A stretch of 64,000 bases of DNA from positions 13,172 to 77,171 of the forward strand of contig CAYZNS010000002.1 of NCBI GenBank assembly GCA_964479945.1, given 5' to 3'. The position numbers and the translations under genes are program-made. The stretch's first letter is position 1. The number at the start of each line of letters is the position of its first letter. Shown here in pieces: positions 1-9,307 of the stretch. The notes under the pieces were generated by a model. That model saw only the letters and a program-made list of their open reading frames with translations. It had not been told where the DNA came from and did not search any database. The stretch is from an uncultured Candidatus Saccharibacteria bacterium. GTDB lineage: Bacteria; Patescibacteriota; Minisyncoccia; Ryanbacterales; 2-02-FULL-48-12.

Positions 1-902
1 CCGCCGCACTTATTCTTAATCGCCCAACGGCGCCAGTTCAGCTGCTCGGGTGATAGCTCGTAACATGCGACAATATTTTTTTCGTATTCAGTAAGCGTCT
101 CCATAAATCGAGCTTTTTCTTCATCAGAACTGAATCGCAGTGAATATTCGGGCATCAAGTACCATGGGAGAAAAATCAGCTCAAAATCATTTTCATTTGC
201 CGCCGCTTCTTCAACCATTTTGAAGAAATACGCGCCATCACCGCCAAAGCCGTTAGCAGTTGATTCCAAAAACACCATCGTATTTGGATTTTCTGGTATT
301 GCTTGCATAACAGCATTCATGAGTTCCTCCGCATTTTCCCAAAAAGCAACCTCGGACCCATGGAAGCAATGAAGTGTTAGGCCCCGGCCTACTTTCACTT
401 TACTTGCGGTGGCAATCACAATTTTTGATCGCAATCCCGGTTCGGTGGTTCTTGTTTTCTCATCAGGATTTTCAAACACCATTTGTTTTCTGTTGTCGTA
501 TCTGCGAAGCGGTTTTTGATTGGGCGGAAGCATGTCATAGAAAAGCTTGGACATCTGAAATATCGCGTCCGTTGATTCGGGTTCGTGCGCAACGATTAGC
601 GAGTGGGAATTTTCATGCCGCGCGGTATGCTCAAAAATAAGTGATTCGCAAAGCGTTGACACTCCTTCTTGCCGAGCTTTAAGGACAATGACGCGAATCG
701 GTTTCCCTTTATCCCGAAGTTTCTGAATCGTTTCGTAAATTAGCTGTTGAGCGCGATTAAACTTCAGCAAAATGACTTGCTGGTCTTTTGTTTTAATGTG
801 GAGGTTCTTCTCAATATAAATCCTCGGCTCCTCATCATAGCGCCGCACGATTTCTTTGAGGGCCTCTTCTTCGTTATTGATTTTGTTTGGTATTGTTGTC
901 AT
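1..902 (-). CDS. Phage terminase large subunit, N-terminal ATPase part (runs off the window edge)
   Basis: Manual translation from ATG 902: MTTIPNK...VIVLKARQEGVST (Walker A), HCFHGSEVAFW (Walker B), VFLESTANG (coupling motif). Absent from the ORF track because it is open-ended. Confidence 0.9.
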   Translation of the reverse strand, partial: MTTIPNKINNEEEALKEIVRRYDEEPRIYIEKNLHIKTKDQQVILLKFNRAQQLIYETIQKLRDKGKPIRVIVLKARQEGVSTLCESLIFEHTARHENSHSLIVAHEPESTDAIFQMSKLFYDMLPPNQKPLRRYDNRKQMVFENPDEKTRTTEPGLRSKIVIATASKVKVGRGLTLHCFHGSEVAFWENAEELMNAVMQAIPENPNTMVFLESTANGFGGDGAYFFKMVEEAAANENDFELIFLPWYLMPEYSLRFSSDEEKARFMETLTEYEKNIVACYELSPEQLNWRRWAIKNKCG

Positions 903-1311
903 ATTCTTTTCTTATTTCTCTTAATTGTTGTTCGTAGGAAAGATCGATCAGACCGAGATTTCCTTCATAACGCAGTGGTTGGGTTGGTTTACCGAGCAGT
1001 CGCTCGAGAATAGCAAGTACGGCCCGTAACTTTACTGCATCACTCGTGCTTGCCATTAACCCAAGAAGCATCCGAGCGGCAGTTTTGATTTCTCGGCGCA
1101 GTTCATCCAGCGCCTCCTGCTCTCGAAATTCGTTTTGCGAATCGCGGTATTCTTTGTACGCGTCAGCGAGCAACCCGCCTTCGGCAAACCATTTTTTGAT
1201 CGTATCAACAGGAACCTTTAGTGTTCGGGCGAGCATGGCATAATTTTCTCCTTCGTAGCGAAGACGGATCGCGTCCTGACATTTTTTACCTTGTGGATCG
1301 TATTTAGGCAT
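874..1311 (-). CDS. Probable terminase small subunit (N-terminal HTH)
   Basis: HTH-like YAMLARTLKVPVDTIKKW, helical body ending ILERLLGKPTQ; overlaps the terL start. Confidence 0.65.
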   Translation of the reverse strand: MPKYDPQGKKCQDAIRLRYEGENYAMLARTLKVPVDTIKKWFAEGGLLADAYKEYRDSQNEFREQEALDELRREIKTAARMLLGLMASTSDAVKLRAVLAILERLLGKPTQPLRYEGNLGLIDLSYEQQLREIRKEYDNNTKQNQ

Positions 1312-1340
1312 TTTAGTGCTTCTTGGTGCCGCTTGGTGCG

Positions 1341-1994
1341 CTATTTTGGCATTTCCATTGATTTTGAAATGACCTCTTTGCTTCCAACCAATGCGTCAAA
1401 TGATTCTTTTTCCATTTTTCCCGCATGCGCTCGTCTGTCTTTTAAGTCCTCCAGCGCGCGCTTTTTCGCGCAGTAATCTTCGTATGCTCGTATGTCGCCA
1501 ATCGCCCACCCGTATGCTGGCGAATCGTCTCTGACCCACCTTCTTGAAATTGCGCGTATCTCAAGGAGGTATTTGGTCAAAGACGCGTGCGAAAGTCCAA
1601 CGATATCATTGCGTATCCTTCCCGACATTCTGCTTTCTGGAAATCTATATTTTCCAAACTCCTGCGCGGGGATAACTTCTTTATCTTCGCCGTAATATGA
1701 GAGCGGATGCTTTAGTGGTTTTTTCTCTAAATTTTTGAGCATCTGTTCAAACTCTTTAATTTCTTCATCGGTATACGAAGTTTTCTGAAATCCCGGTTGG
1801 TGCTTTTCATCTTTGTCGAAGATCTCAATATTCGATGTTCTCAATAGATTGCCGCGCCACTCTATTTGCACGGGGCGATTTTTACTGGTGAGTACATCCA
1901 TTATTTTTTCGACCTCTTCGTTGGAAGGATAATATTTTATGACCACGAATTTTCCTTCCTCATTTTTAGTTGTGTAATGAATTATTTTGTTCAT
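1341..1994 (-). CDS. Hypothetical phage protein
   Basis: Start moved to ATG 1994 (ATGA overlap with the upstream stop); no recognisable motif. Confidence 0.6.
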   Translation of the reverse strand: MNKIIHYTTKNEEGKFVVIKYYPSNEEVEKIMDVLTSKNRPVQIEWRGNLLRTSNIEIFDKDEKHQPGFQKTSYTDEEIKEFEQMLKNLEKKPLKHPLSYYGEDKEVIPAQEFGKYRFPESRMSGRIRNDIVGLSHASLTKYLLEIRAISRRWVRDDSPAYGWAIGDIRAYEDYCAKKRALEDLKDRRAHAGKMEKESFDALVGSKEVISKSMEMPK

Positions 1995-2797
1995 ATTTTT
2001 ACGACTCGCTCTGTTCGAGCAATCATTTTTTCCAAGTTTTCGTCTATATACTTGTGTACGGTTTCCAATGTCCATTTGACCTCCAAATTTTTATCAAGCC
2101 ATTCCATAACTTCAGCAATACGGTTATCGGCATATCCTTTTAGCATTCCTGCAGCTCGCAAATCCCTCTTTATTCCCGAATTAAACTGATCCCTATTCTC
2201 AAATCGGAATTTTTTATGGAGATAGTAAAGCGCGATAATATGAAGGTCGCGTCTGTTTGCCGAAAGCATTTCTTTTAACTTATCTTCAAGACGCCATACC
2301 GCATCGGCGTTAGCCGATGCAATTTGGGTTTTCTTCAATGTGTTTACTTCAACCTTAGGTTCCTTATGCGGCAACTGGTGCCTCTGGTTTTTTGTCGTTA
2401 TTTGCCTCTGGGTAGTGTCGTGAGATGCCTCTGGTTTCCCAAAGGCATCAGTTGCCTCTGGCTTTTTCCACTCACTTCGATCAAGCAAGTAGTAAATGTT
2501 GTTTTTGAATTTTTTAGTTTCCCAATCCCTCTCGCGCTCTACAAAAATGATGTTCCATTTCTCAAGTTTTCTGATATAATTTCTCACCGTTCTTTCGCCA
2601 ATATTCAGTTCCTTGGCAATAAGTCGGTTGGATGGAAAGCATTTTTGACTGATATCCGCGTGCCTGCATAAGCTGACATAAATCGCAGTACCAATAGGCC
2701 CGAGAAATCGCGCAAAACCATTCAAATAATCATTATCGAGATAAAACCATCCTCGCTGGCGTTTATCTCGTATCTTAAAGGTTGCAGAGTCCTTCAT
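1991..2797 (-). CDS. Phage-type replication initiator / winged-HTH protein
   Basis: AIYVSLCRHAD...CFPSNRLIAKELNIGERTVRNYIRKLEKWNII...NIYYL is typical of the HTH_36-like N-terminus of phage replication proteins. Confidence 0.75.
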   Translation of the reverse strand: MKDSATFKIRDKRQRGWFYLDNDYLNGFARFLGPIGTAIYVSLCRHADISQKCFPSNRLIAKELNIGERTVRNYIRKLEKWNIIFVERERDWETKKFKNNIYYLLDRSEWKKPEATDAFGKPEASHDTTQRQITTKNQRHQLPHKEPKVEVNTLKKTQIASANADAVWRLEDKLKEMLSANRRDLHIIALYYLHKKFRFENRDQFNSGIKRDLRAAGMLKGYADNRIAEVMEWLDKNLEVKWTLETVHKYIDENLEKMIARTERVVKI

Positions 2798-2939
2798 GGT
2801 TTTGTTTGTTTTCTTTTTTTTCTTCAGGATCAGGCAAGGAAAGAAGTAAATCCCAAAGTTTTCTTAATTTTTCGTTTTTATCTGGAACTTCTTTATAAGC
2901 AACTTCTACCTGGAAGTTCGGCGTTCGTTTCTGCCGCAT
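2775..2939 (-). CDS. Small hypothetical protein
   Basis: MRQKRTPNFQVEVAYKEVPD..., co-oriented and overlapping the replication gene start. Confidence 0.45.
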   Translation of the reverse strand: MRQKRTPNFQVEVAYKEVPDKNEKLRKLWDLLLSLPDPEEKKENKQNHEGLCNL

Positions 2940-3128
2940 ATATTTTGTTGCTTTTTTCAATGATCTCTTTTTTCAAGACCTCAAATGAAAAAAGAGATCG
3001 GCGTAAACAAAGAATGCACAGCTTAATGTGATCCTTTGTCGTCCCGACCTCTTCGGACGATGTCGCGGCTTGGGAGTTTTTTGTTAATTAATTTTTAATC
3101 TCCCAGACCGCGTGGATTATTCGATTTT

Positions 3129-3251
3129 TTACTTACGCTTCTGCTGTTTAGCAAAAGCGATACCTTTTCTGATCCTTGAGCGGTGTTCTTCTCTTATGAA
3201 CTCTCCAATCGCCTCAAGGAGCGACTGCAGAAATTTTTCTTTCGCATCCAT
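3129..3251 (-). CDS. 40-aa peptide resembling serine-recombinase helix E
   Basis: MDAKEKFLQSLLEAIGEFIREEHRSRIRKGIAFAKQQKRK, preceded by AAAGGT RBS-like sequence; below the ORF-track cutoff. Confidence 0.5.
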   Translation of the reverse strand: MDAKEKFLQSLLEAIGEFIREEHRSRIRKGIAFAKQQKRK

Positions 3252-3304
3252 AATTTTTCTACCTTTAATCTTTATGAATCACGCCCGGACCTCACGGGGG
3301 AAAT

Positions 3305-3838
3305 TCATTCCAACGGTTTCTGATTTAAAGTTTTCAGAATATCGTTGACAATATCGTTAACACTGACTTGCAATACGATTCCCATGCCACCCTGTTCGTT
3401 ATAAGCCAAAAGAATCATTTCATTAATGTTTTTATCCCCGTCAGAATTAAAGTAAAATCTATCTTTAAGATTCGTACTTAAAAATACTTTATGCCCAAGT
3501 GCCATTTGTTCTTTGACAAAATCAGACATTGACACCTCCCTTTCTTTCAACCAACTATAAAGATTTTTTAAATCAACGAACGGCAAACCAGTTTTCCGAA
3601 GTTTTGAAATTATGGCTAGCTGAATAGCGTTGGTGCCGGTGAACCTTCGCCAGCGCCAAGTTTCTGTTGATTCTCGCTTTTGAGCCGGCAAAATACCTTT
3701 CACATCCCAGTCATTAAGTTGCCGGTAAGTAAGTCCGCAGATCTCCTTTGTTTCTCTGGCAGTAAGCGTATTAGAGAGCAAGCTTTCCAAAATACCCCGC
3801 CTGAGCTCATATACTTCTTTAGTTTTTTGTTTAATCAT
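3305..3838 (-). CDS. MerR-family HTH regulator
   Basis: TARETKEICGLTYRQLNDWDVKGIL...WRRFT...LAIISKLRKTGLPF matches the MerR wHTH pattern. Confidence 0.75.
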   Translation of the reverse strand: MIKQKTKEVYELRRGILESLLSNTLTARETKEICGLTYRQLNDWDVKGILPAQKRESTETWRWRRFTGTNAIQLAIISKLRKTGLPFVDLKNLYSWLKEREVSMSDFVKEQMALGHKVFLSTNLKDRFYFNSDGDKNINEMILLAYNEQGGMGIVLQVSVNDIVNDILKTLNQKPLE

Positions 3839-4047
3839 AGAATTATACCTTTATGTTCAATTTAATCATAGTAGCACAAATTATACCGTCAAGTATAATC
3901 CCTGTGGATAACTTTTAGTATCTCTGGAGAGACTATTAACTTCTCATTTCGCATCTGATACACTTTTGTTATATATCTGAAATGTGCCCAGCTCTTAAAA
4001 TTCGAGTTATTTGGCACCAAGGGTATTTGAGATTACAAAATCATCAA

Positions 4048-4076
4048 AAAATAAAGCCCGGTAAAGGCTTTATTTT
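4048..4076. terminator. Hairpin terminator after the cohesin operon
   Basis: AAAATAAAGCC-N7-GGCTTTATTTT, 25 bp downstream of the operon's last stop. Confidence 0.6.
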
Positions 4077-4101
4077 GAAAACAGAGCGCTAGACGGGGTG
4101 A

Positions 4102-5823
4102 TCATTTTACTTCCTTCTCGATATCCTCAATTTCTTTTCTCACAAATTTCTCCGCATCGTCTAAATCTCTCTTGAGCTGCTTGACGATCTTTTCTTCCTC
4201 ATCGGTTAGTTCTCTTTTGCTCTTTGTTTTTTCGAGCATTTTGATTTGCTCGCGAATGGCTTCTTTTAATAAATCGAATGCTTTGTGAAGCGCGTGTTCG
4301 GCTTCGCGGATTTCCTTTCTTACTCTTTTTCGCATAGTCGCAAATTTATGCCACCAATGCCACGACAAATACACAAGAAGAAGCACGAGCGCAATAAGCG
4401 GAACAACCACGGAGAGAAATCCTATAGCCCATGAGCCGACGCGGAGAAACGCGGGTCGCTCCACCGCTATAGTGACTTTTTCGCTCGATTCGCTTCTCGC
4501 GCCTCTCTCATCCGCTACTTCCGCCCATGCCGTATAAATGCCGCTTGATAATCTATCTTCGGCGACAAAAGTGAATTTCCCGTCTTTATCGCTTTTTACT
4601 GAATAACTTTTAGCTTCGTCCTTTTCGTGTTGGAGAGAAATATTTACTTGAGCGTTGGGGTATTTGGTTTTTCCTTTGATACTAAGAATTTCGCCGCTTG
4701 CGAGCTCCCTGGGATAATCAGTAATTGTTGGTGGTTCTAATGCCTCAACAACAAACTCCGCAGAATTCGCCAAAGAGTTGCCGGCTTTATCCACCGCTTT
4801 TGCAATCAATGTATGCTTTCCTGGCCTCAAAGCAGGAGTTTCGTATCTATGACTTCCGTCGTCTTGCCATACTTGCGGACTTTCGTTGTCGATTTGAATC
4901 TCGTAGTGATCTATGCCGGATGTTTTATCGCTCGCATCAAAAATGAATTTGGCGTGGGGATCAGTCAAATCTTTTCGCTCAACCTCGCTGATCTCAAAAC
5001 GAGTCGGTTTTTCTGTATCTATTTGAAACCTAAAATGCGAGACGCCGCCCCATCCTTCGGCATTGCGAAATCGCACATGGAAATAGTAAGCACCCTCAGC
5101 TAAATCCGTAAGCTCTTTGGAAGTAATCGACGTGGTATAAGTTACCGTGGGAATGGCCTGGGGAATTCTTCCTACAAGTAAGCGAACCGCAGTAGTATCT
5201 TTTGGCACATCCCAAGTAAATTTTGCCTCTTTTACCGCATACCATTTGTTTGGATCAGGATGAGTCGGCGAACTAATAGCTGGCGCTTCAGGAGTGCCTG
5301 CTACTTCAGCCGGCGTAACAATCTCTGGCGCTCCCGGCCCTACTACGCCTATTGAAAAATTGGCGTCTCCAAGTCCAGTCAAAATATTCGTTCCCTTGCC
5401 ATCATTCGCCAACGCCGAGCCGGAATAAAAAGTAATGGGAGCGCTGCCGGCCGCTTTGGTTTTGAAAGTAATATTGATGGCTTTACCGCTTGCGCCGGTA
5501 AAACCCGGGTTCAGAACTATTCCTTCAAAATTTATCGTCCCGGCGGAATTGGAAAAAGAGGGTTCCTGAACCCACAAGCTAAAAACAGAGCCGCTTTTAG
5601 AAAGTGATTCAACCGATAGTTTATCAGACGGAAATGAAATAACTCCCGAAGCCGCATTCATCGCCTGGTCAGCGCTTGAAACATAAACGCTTACCGTAAA
5701 TGAGGTGCCAACCGCATGCGTTCCAGAAGAAGGAGAAAAATACAAACTTGCCGCTTGAGCGGTTACTGGCAGAATACCAAAAATTACAAACAGCAACGCG
5801 CCGCCGATCAACAGAATTTTCAT
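4102..5823 (-). CDS. Cohesin-domain protein with Ig-like repeats, C-terminal TM helix and cytoplasmic coiled coil
   Basis: Signal peptide; SLYFSPSSG..VGTSFTVSVYV...NAASGVISFPSDKL cohesin-like pattern; AVDKAGN Ig motifs; TM ending WHWWHK; start at ATGA overlap 5820-5823. Confidence 0.75.
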   Translation of the reverse strand: MKILLIGGALLFVIFGILPVTAQAASLYFSPSSGTHAVGTSFTVSVYVSSADQAMNAASGVISFPSDKLSVESLSKSGSVFSLWVQEPSFSNSAGTINFEGIVLNPGFTGASGKAINITFKTKAAGSAPITFYSGSALANDGKGTNILTGLGDANFSIGVVGPGAPEIVTPAEVAGTPEAPAISSPTHPDPNKWYAVKEAKFTWDVPKDTTAVRLLVGRIPQAIPTVTYTTSITSKELTDLAEGAYYFHVRFRNAEGWGGVSHFRFQIDTEKPTRFEISEVERKDLTDPHAKFIFDASDKTSGIDHYEIQIDNESPQVWQDDGSHRYETPALRPGKHTLIAKAVDKAGNSLANSAEFVVEALEPPTITDYPRELASGEILSIKGKTKYPNAQVNISLQHEKDEAKSYSVKSDKDGKFTFVAEDRLSSGIYTAWAEVADERGARSESSEKVTIAVERPAFLRVGSWAIGFLSVVVPLIALVLLLVYLSWHWWHKFATMRKRVRKEIREAEHALHKAFDLLKEAIREQIKMLEKTKSKRELTDEEEKIVKQLKRDLDDAEKFVRKEIEDIEKEVK

Positions 5824-6707
5824 TTTTTTAAATATATCCTCCATAAAAATTTTTTGATAGCGTAAGCAATGACGAGCCCTAATGTGATTATAATCCAATT
5901 CTCGTAATTTTCGTACCAGCGAAGCTGATTTTGCGGCAGAATTTTTTCAATTCGCGCATTGCCGGCTTTGTCAACGGCTTTCACAAAAATATAGCTTCTC
6001 AACTTTTGATCTCGCAGCGCGTATGGACTTTCCGATGAAATCCACCTTGAAAATGACTCAAAAATTCTGTATCGTGTCTCTCGTATTTCGTAACGGTCAA
6101 TACCAAATCCCTTGTCTTGCGTCGCAAAAACCAAAAACCACTTGCCGTCAAATAGGGCGGGATCGCGCGCGATCTCTGGCTTAAACGATTCTGGCAGTTC
6201 TTGATCTTTTGGTTCTTTTTTGGGCGGCAAAGACAAATCCTGGCTTGTAACAACGATTTTAAGAGGAGAAACGGAAATATTGGCCGCAGTACCATTACCG
6301 TCATTCAAGAGGGCTTTTATATTTTGCATCTCCAGTTTTCCGTTGCCTTCGTTCTTCGCTAAAAAAGTAATTCTGAAGATGAGTCCTCTTTTGCCAACAA
6401 ATCCGCCGGGCGTGATACCGGAAAAGACGATTTCATTTTCGACACGACGCGACGGCCTCTCTACCCAAAAATTAACAATAGAATTTCCGTCATTTAATTC
6501 TTTGAACTCCAAAAGGCCGGCTGGAAATCGCAGGACGCCCTCAATGGCGTTGATGTTTTCGCTTTCCGCATTCAAGAAAACGCCGACTTCAAATTCCGTA
6601 TTCGCTTTAACTTTTCTGGTATCGGCGTCATAAAAAATCTCCGCCGCAAAAAGGTGGTACGGAAAAAGAAATGCTATGCTTAACAAAATAAATAAAATCT
6701 TTTTCAT
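5820..6707 (-). CDS. Cohesin-domain protein with C-terminal TM anchor
   Basis: Signal peptide; FEVGVFLN..INAIEGVLRFP..LEF; paralogous to 4102-5823 (WVEP/WVQEP, ALLNDG.GT, KAVDKAGN). Confidence 0.75.
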   Translation of the reverse strand: MKKILFILLSIAFLFPYHLFAAEIFYDADTRKVKANTEFEVGVFLNAESENINAIEGVLRFPAGLLEFKELNDGNSIVNFWVERPSRRVENEIVFSGITPGGFVGKRGLIFRITFLAKNEGNGKLEMQNIKALLNDGNGTAANISVSPLKIVVTSQDLSLPPKKEPKDQELPESFKPEIARDPALFDGKWFLVFATQDKGFGIDRYEIRETRYRIFESFSRWISSESPYALRDQKLRSYIFVKAVDKAGNARIEKILPQNQLRWYENYENWIIITLGLVIAYAIKKFLWRIYLKK

Positions 6708-6714
6708 ATTTGAT

Positions 6715-8199
6715 TTATCCCGTCCAATAAAATGCCATAATACTAAAATCGATCAAATCTACTTTACCGTCGCCATTCAAATCAACTGAAGCAGGGGGCA
6801 ATGATCGCTTGTACCAATATGCGGCAATGGAAAAATCAACGAGGTTAACTCGCCTGTCATTGTTCATATCGCCTTTCGTGACAACCTTGGGCAATTCGGC
6901 CGCAATATTTTTTGTGCCAACGAGAAAGCTGATGGCCTTACTAAAAGAACTAATCGCACCCTCTTTGGCCGCTTTTGATTTTGTGAAATGCTGACCCATA
7001 TCCAGTTGAGTAGTATCAAAGTTGTAAAGATACGCGCCGTTCGGATCAGCGGCAGTTTTTCCAAAAAATTCTTCCTCCGAACTAACGGCAATAGTAATCT
7101 CTCCGCTTGGCACACTTTGTCCGAAAATCGCGATGTTGTCGCCCCGCTTCACCTCACTCTTATCAACCGCAATGGTGGGCGCAATGAAAACGCCGCCAAT
7201 GTTAGTAGTGGCGCCGGAAGTAACGCTTACAGGAAAAGTTAAAAGAGATGAGCGGATTCCTTTGCCATCTTCCGAATAAACGCTAAAGATATAATTGCCG
7301 CTGGAAATGCTGGTAACGCTCACTGAAAAGTTGGCATTTGCGTCAGCAACCGTAGTTGCCGCAATTTGCGCATCTTTCAAAACTGTTATCGTGCTTTTGG
7401 GGTAAGCTCTGCCAGAAAAAGTAACACCGGTAGTTGGAGCGGTATAGCCACCGCCCCCACCGCCTCCGCCACCTCCACCACCGCCGCTGGATGGAGTGGG
7501 AGTAGGCGCTGGCGCTGGATCAGTTTCGTTATTATCGCTTGTTGAAGAACATCCCGGATCGGCAGAGTAATCTGTTTTCCCATCACCATCATTATCAACG
7601 CCGTCAGAACAGGCCGGCGCGCCAAAAATACCAAACGAACTAAAAGTTGAGGTGGCAAAAGTAATAGTATTCGCAGCCGTATTCACCGTACTCCCGGAAA
7701 TCAAACTCCATGAAGAATCATTAGTGCCTCTGCGATATGGCGCGATAGTGCTTTCATTAAGTCCGCTCACATCGGAATCTAAATAATGCATCACGAGTGT
7801 GGGAGCAGAAGAAAGCGTTGATACTGAGCCGCCTGTAGTAGTAAAAAAATTAAAATCATATGCCTTGCCGACAAAGCTTTTGCCGGAAGGCGGAGGTTTT
7901 TGCGACTCAAAAGTGGCTTGATCGTATTGAAATATTTTTAGTTCGAGATTCTCTGAATAAAAATCTGTCGGAAGCGTAAAGTTAATTTGCGTATTGTCAA
8001 CTGCCGTAAATGTAAAATCCCCACCACTGCCAAAAGAAAAAGTTGTGGTGGCGGTTTTTTCAGGAACAAACGCGTAAATTGTTACCTCTCCCTGAAGAGC
8101 GTACGCGGTATGCGCAAAAAAACTCGCGCTTGAGAAAATTGCAAGGCCGAAAACGAACCAGAAAAATGAAATTTTTGTAAAAATTGCGTTGCATCGCAT
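6715..8199 (-). CDS. Secreted protein with C-terminal dockerin-like duplicated EF-hands
   Basis: GDMNNDRRVNLVDFSI...DLNGDGKVDLIDFSI; also CSDGVDNDGDGKTDYSADPGC Ca-binding motif, PT and poly-Gly linker, Ig-like segment. Confidence 0.8.
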   Translation of the reverse strand: MRCNAIFTKISFFWFVFGLAIFSSASFFAHTAYALQGEVTIYAFVPEKTATTTFSFGSGGDFTFTAVDNTQINFTLPTDFYSENLELKIFQYDQATFESQKPPPSGKSFVGKAYDFNFFTTTGGSVSTLSSAPTLVMHYLDSDVSGLNESTIAPYRRGTNDSSWSLISGSTVNTAANTITFATSTFSSFGIFGAPACSDGVDNDGDGKTDYSADPGCSSTSDNNETDPAPAPTPTPSSGGGGGGGGGGGGGYTAPTTGVTFSGRAYPKSTITVLKDAQIAATTVADANANFSVSVTSISSGNYIFSVYSEDGKGIRSSLLTFPVSVTSGATTNIGGVFIAPTIAVDKSEVKRGDNIAIFGQSVPSGEITIAVSSEEEFFGKTAADPNGAYLYNFDTTQLDMGQHFTKSKAAKEGAISSFSKAISFLVGTKNIAAELPKVVTKGDMNNDRRVNLVDFSIAAYWYKRSLPPASVDLNGDGKVDLIDFSIMAFYWTG

Positions 8200-8205
8200 T
8201 GCATT

Positions 8206-9273
8206 CTATTGAAATTTACCGCTTTGCGCCTTTTTGATAATCCAGCGGTTATATTTTTTAAGCCCAACAAACGCGAGAAAGCCTATGATTCCTAAAATAA
8301 CGATTATAATGCTCAATAACTGCCACGGCACTACAAAAAAGCGATAGCTTGCCTCGGCCTTATTAGTCGCTTCTGCCTCGGAAAGTTTGCCATAAGTAAG
8401 ATTAAGCTCCGCTTTGTATGGACCTAAGGCGAAATTTTTCCACTGATTCTTTACAGCGGCAAAAAATCCTTGCCCATCCTTTGTGGTTTCTTCTGTCGCC
8501 GTGACGGCAGTTTTATCTTGCTGATTTTCTCCAGACCAAACAACCGAAAACTTTCTGATGCTTCCCGGCAAAATATTGCCACTTTGCGGATTAGCATTCA
8601 GCGTTACCGTGGTAAATCCAAACAAATTTTTAACCTTCAATTCGCCAGTCGGCTTCACCCGTTCCGACCCATCGTTGGAAAAACGATAAACAAAAACTAT
8701 CGGCAAAGAATTTACAAAACGACCACCCTCTTCAATCTTGAAGTCCAATAAGCCGCCGCCTTCTTTGAGCTCGCCTTTAACGCTCAAAAGAATAAGTACG
8801 CCCAATTTCCCTCCAATAGACACCTGCCCGCTGCCCTGCTGCCCCGCGGGGGAAGTCCCCCATAAAACAGCGGCAAAATAACCGCCAGCTTCAGTTTTTG
8901 CTGGTATTTGGATAGTGAATGGAATTTTCGTTCTTTCCCCGGCTTTTAAGGTGACGCTTTCCTGAACACTGATCCAAGAAGCAAGTCCCTTGTTAGTGTC
9001 AGGTAAAAAATACGGTGCGCCGCTCTCTCCTCTCGCTTCAAAATTGGCCGCGGATGAATAAAAAGTTTTTGTTTCGTCTTGCTCATTAAATAATTCAAGT
9101 GTGTCGCCCAGAGTTTGCCCCGGATCGCCTGAAATTTCCATTCTTACAGGAGAAATAGTCAAAGCAAAAACCGGCTGAATTAACATCAGCCCGATACCAA
9201 AAAATAAAATTATCGCAAGCCCAGTTAGACAAACGCGCCGTCTGTCTAACGAGGCGAGTAGGAAATATCTCAT
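8206..9273 (-). CDS. WxL-interacting-protein (DUF916/DUF3324)-like membrane-anchored protein
   Basis: LTISPVRMEI..DPG, LASWI, IPFTIQIP....GGYFAAV, NDG...VKPTG, ILPGSIRKF, GPYKAEL, C-terminal TM plus basic tail. Confidence 0.65.
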   Translation of the reverse strand: MRYFLLASLDRRRVCLTGLAIILFFGIGLMLIQPVFALTISPVRMEISGDPGQTLGDTLELFNEQDETKTFYSSAANFEARGESGAPYFLPDTNKGLASWISVQESVTLKAGERTKIPFTIQIPAKTEAGGYFAAVLWGTSPAGQQGSGQVSIGGKLGVLILLSVKGELKEGGGLLDFKIEEGGRFVNSLPIVFVYRFSNDGSERVKPTGELKVKNLFGFTTVTLNANPQSGNILPGSIRKFSVVWSGENQQDKTAVTATEETTKDGQGFFAAVKNQWKNFALGPYKAELNLTYGKLSEAEATNKAEASYRFFVVPWQLLSIIIVILGIIGFLAFVGLKKYNRWIIKKAQSGKFQ

Positions 9274-9307
9274 ATCGAAATCCGAAAAATTTTAATTCCT
9301 CGCCTCG

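Noticed and set aside
4102-8199. True cellulosome
   Set aside because: No glycoside hydrolase or CBM recognised, and only one cohesin per protein.
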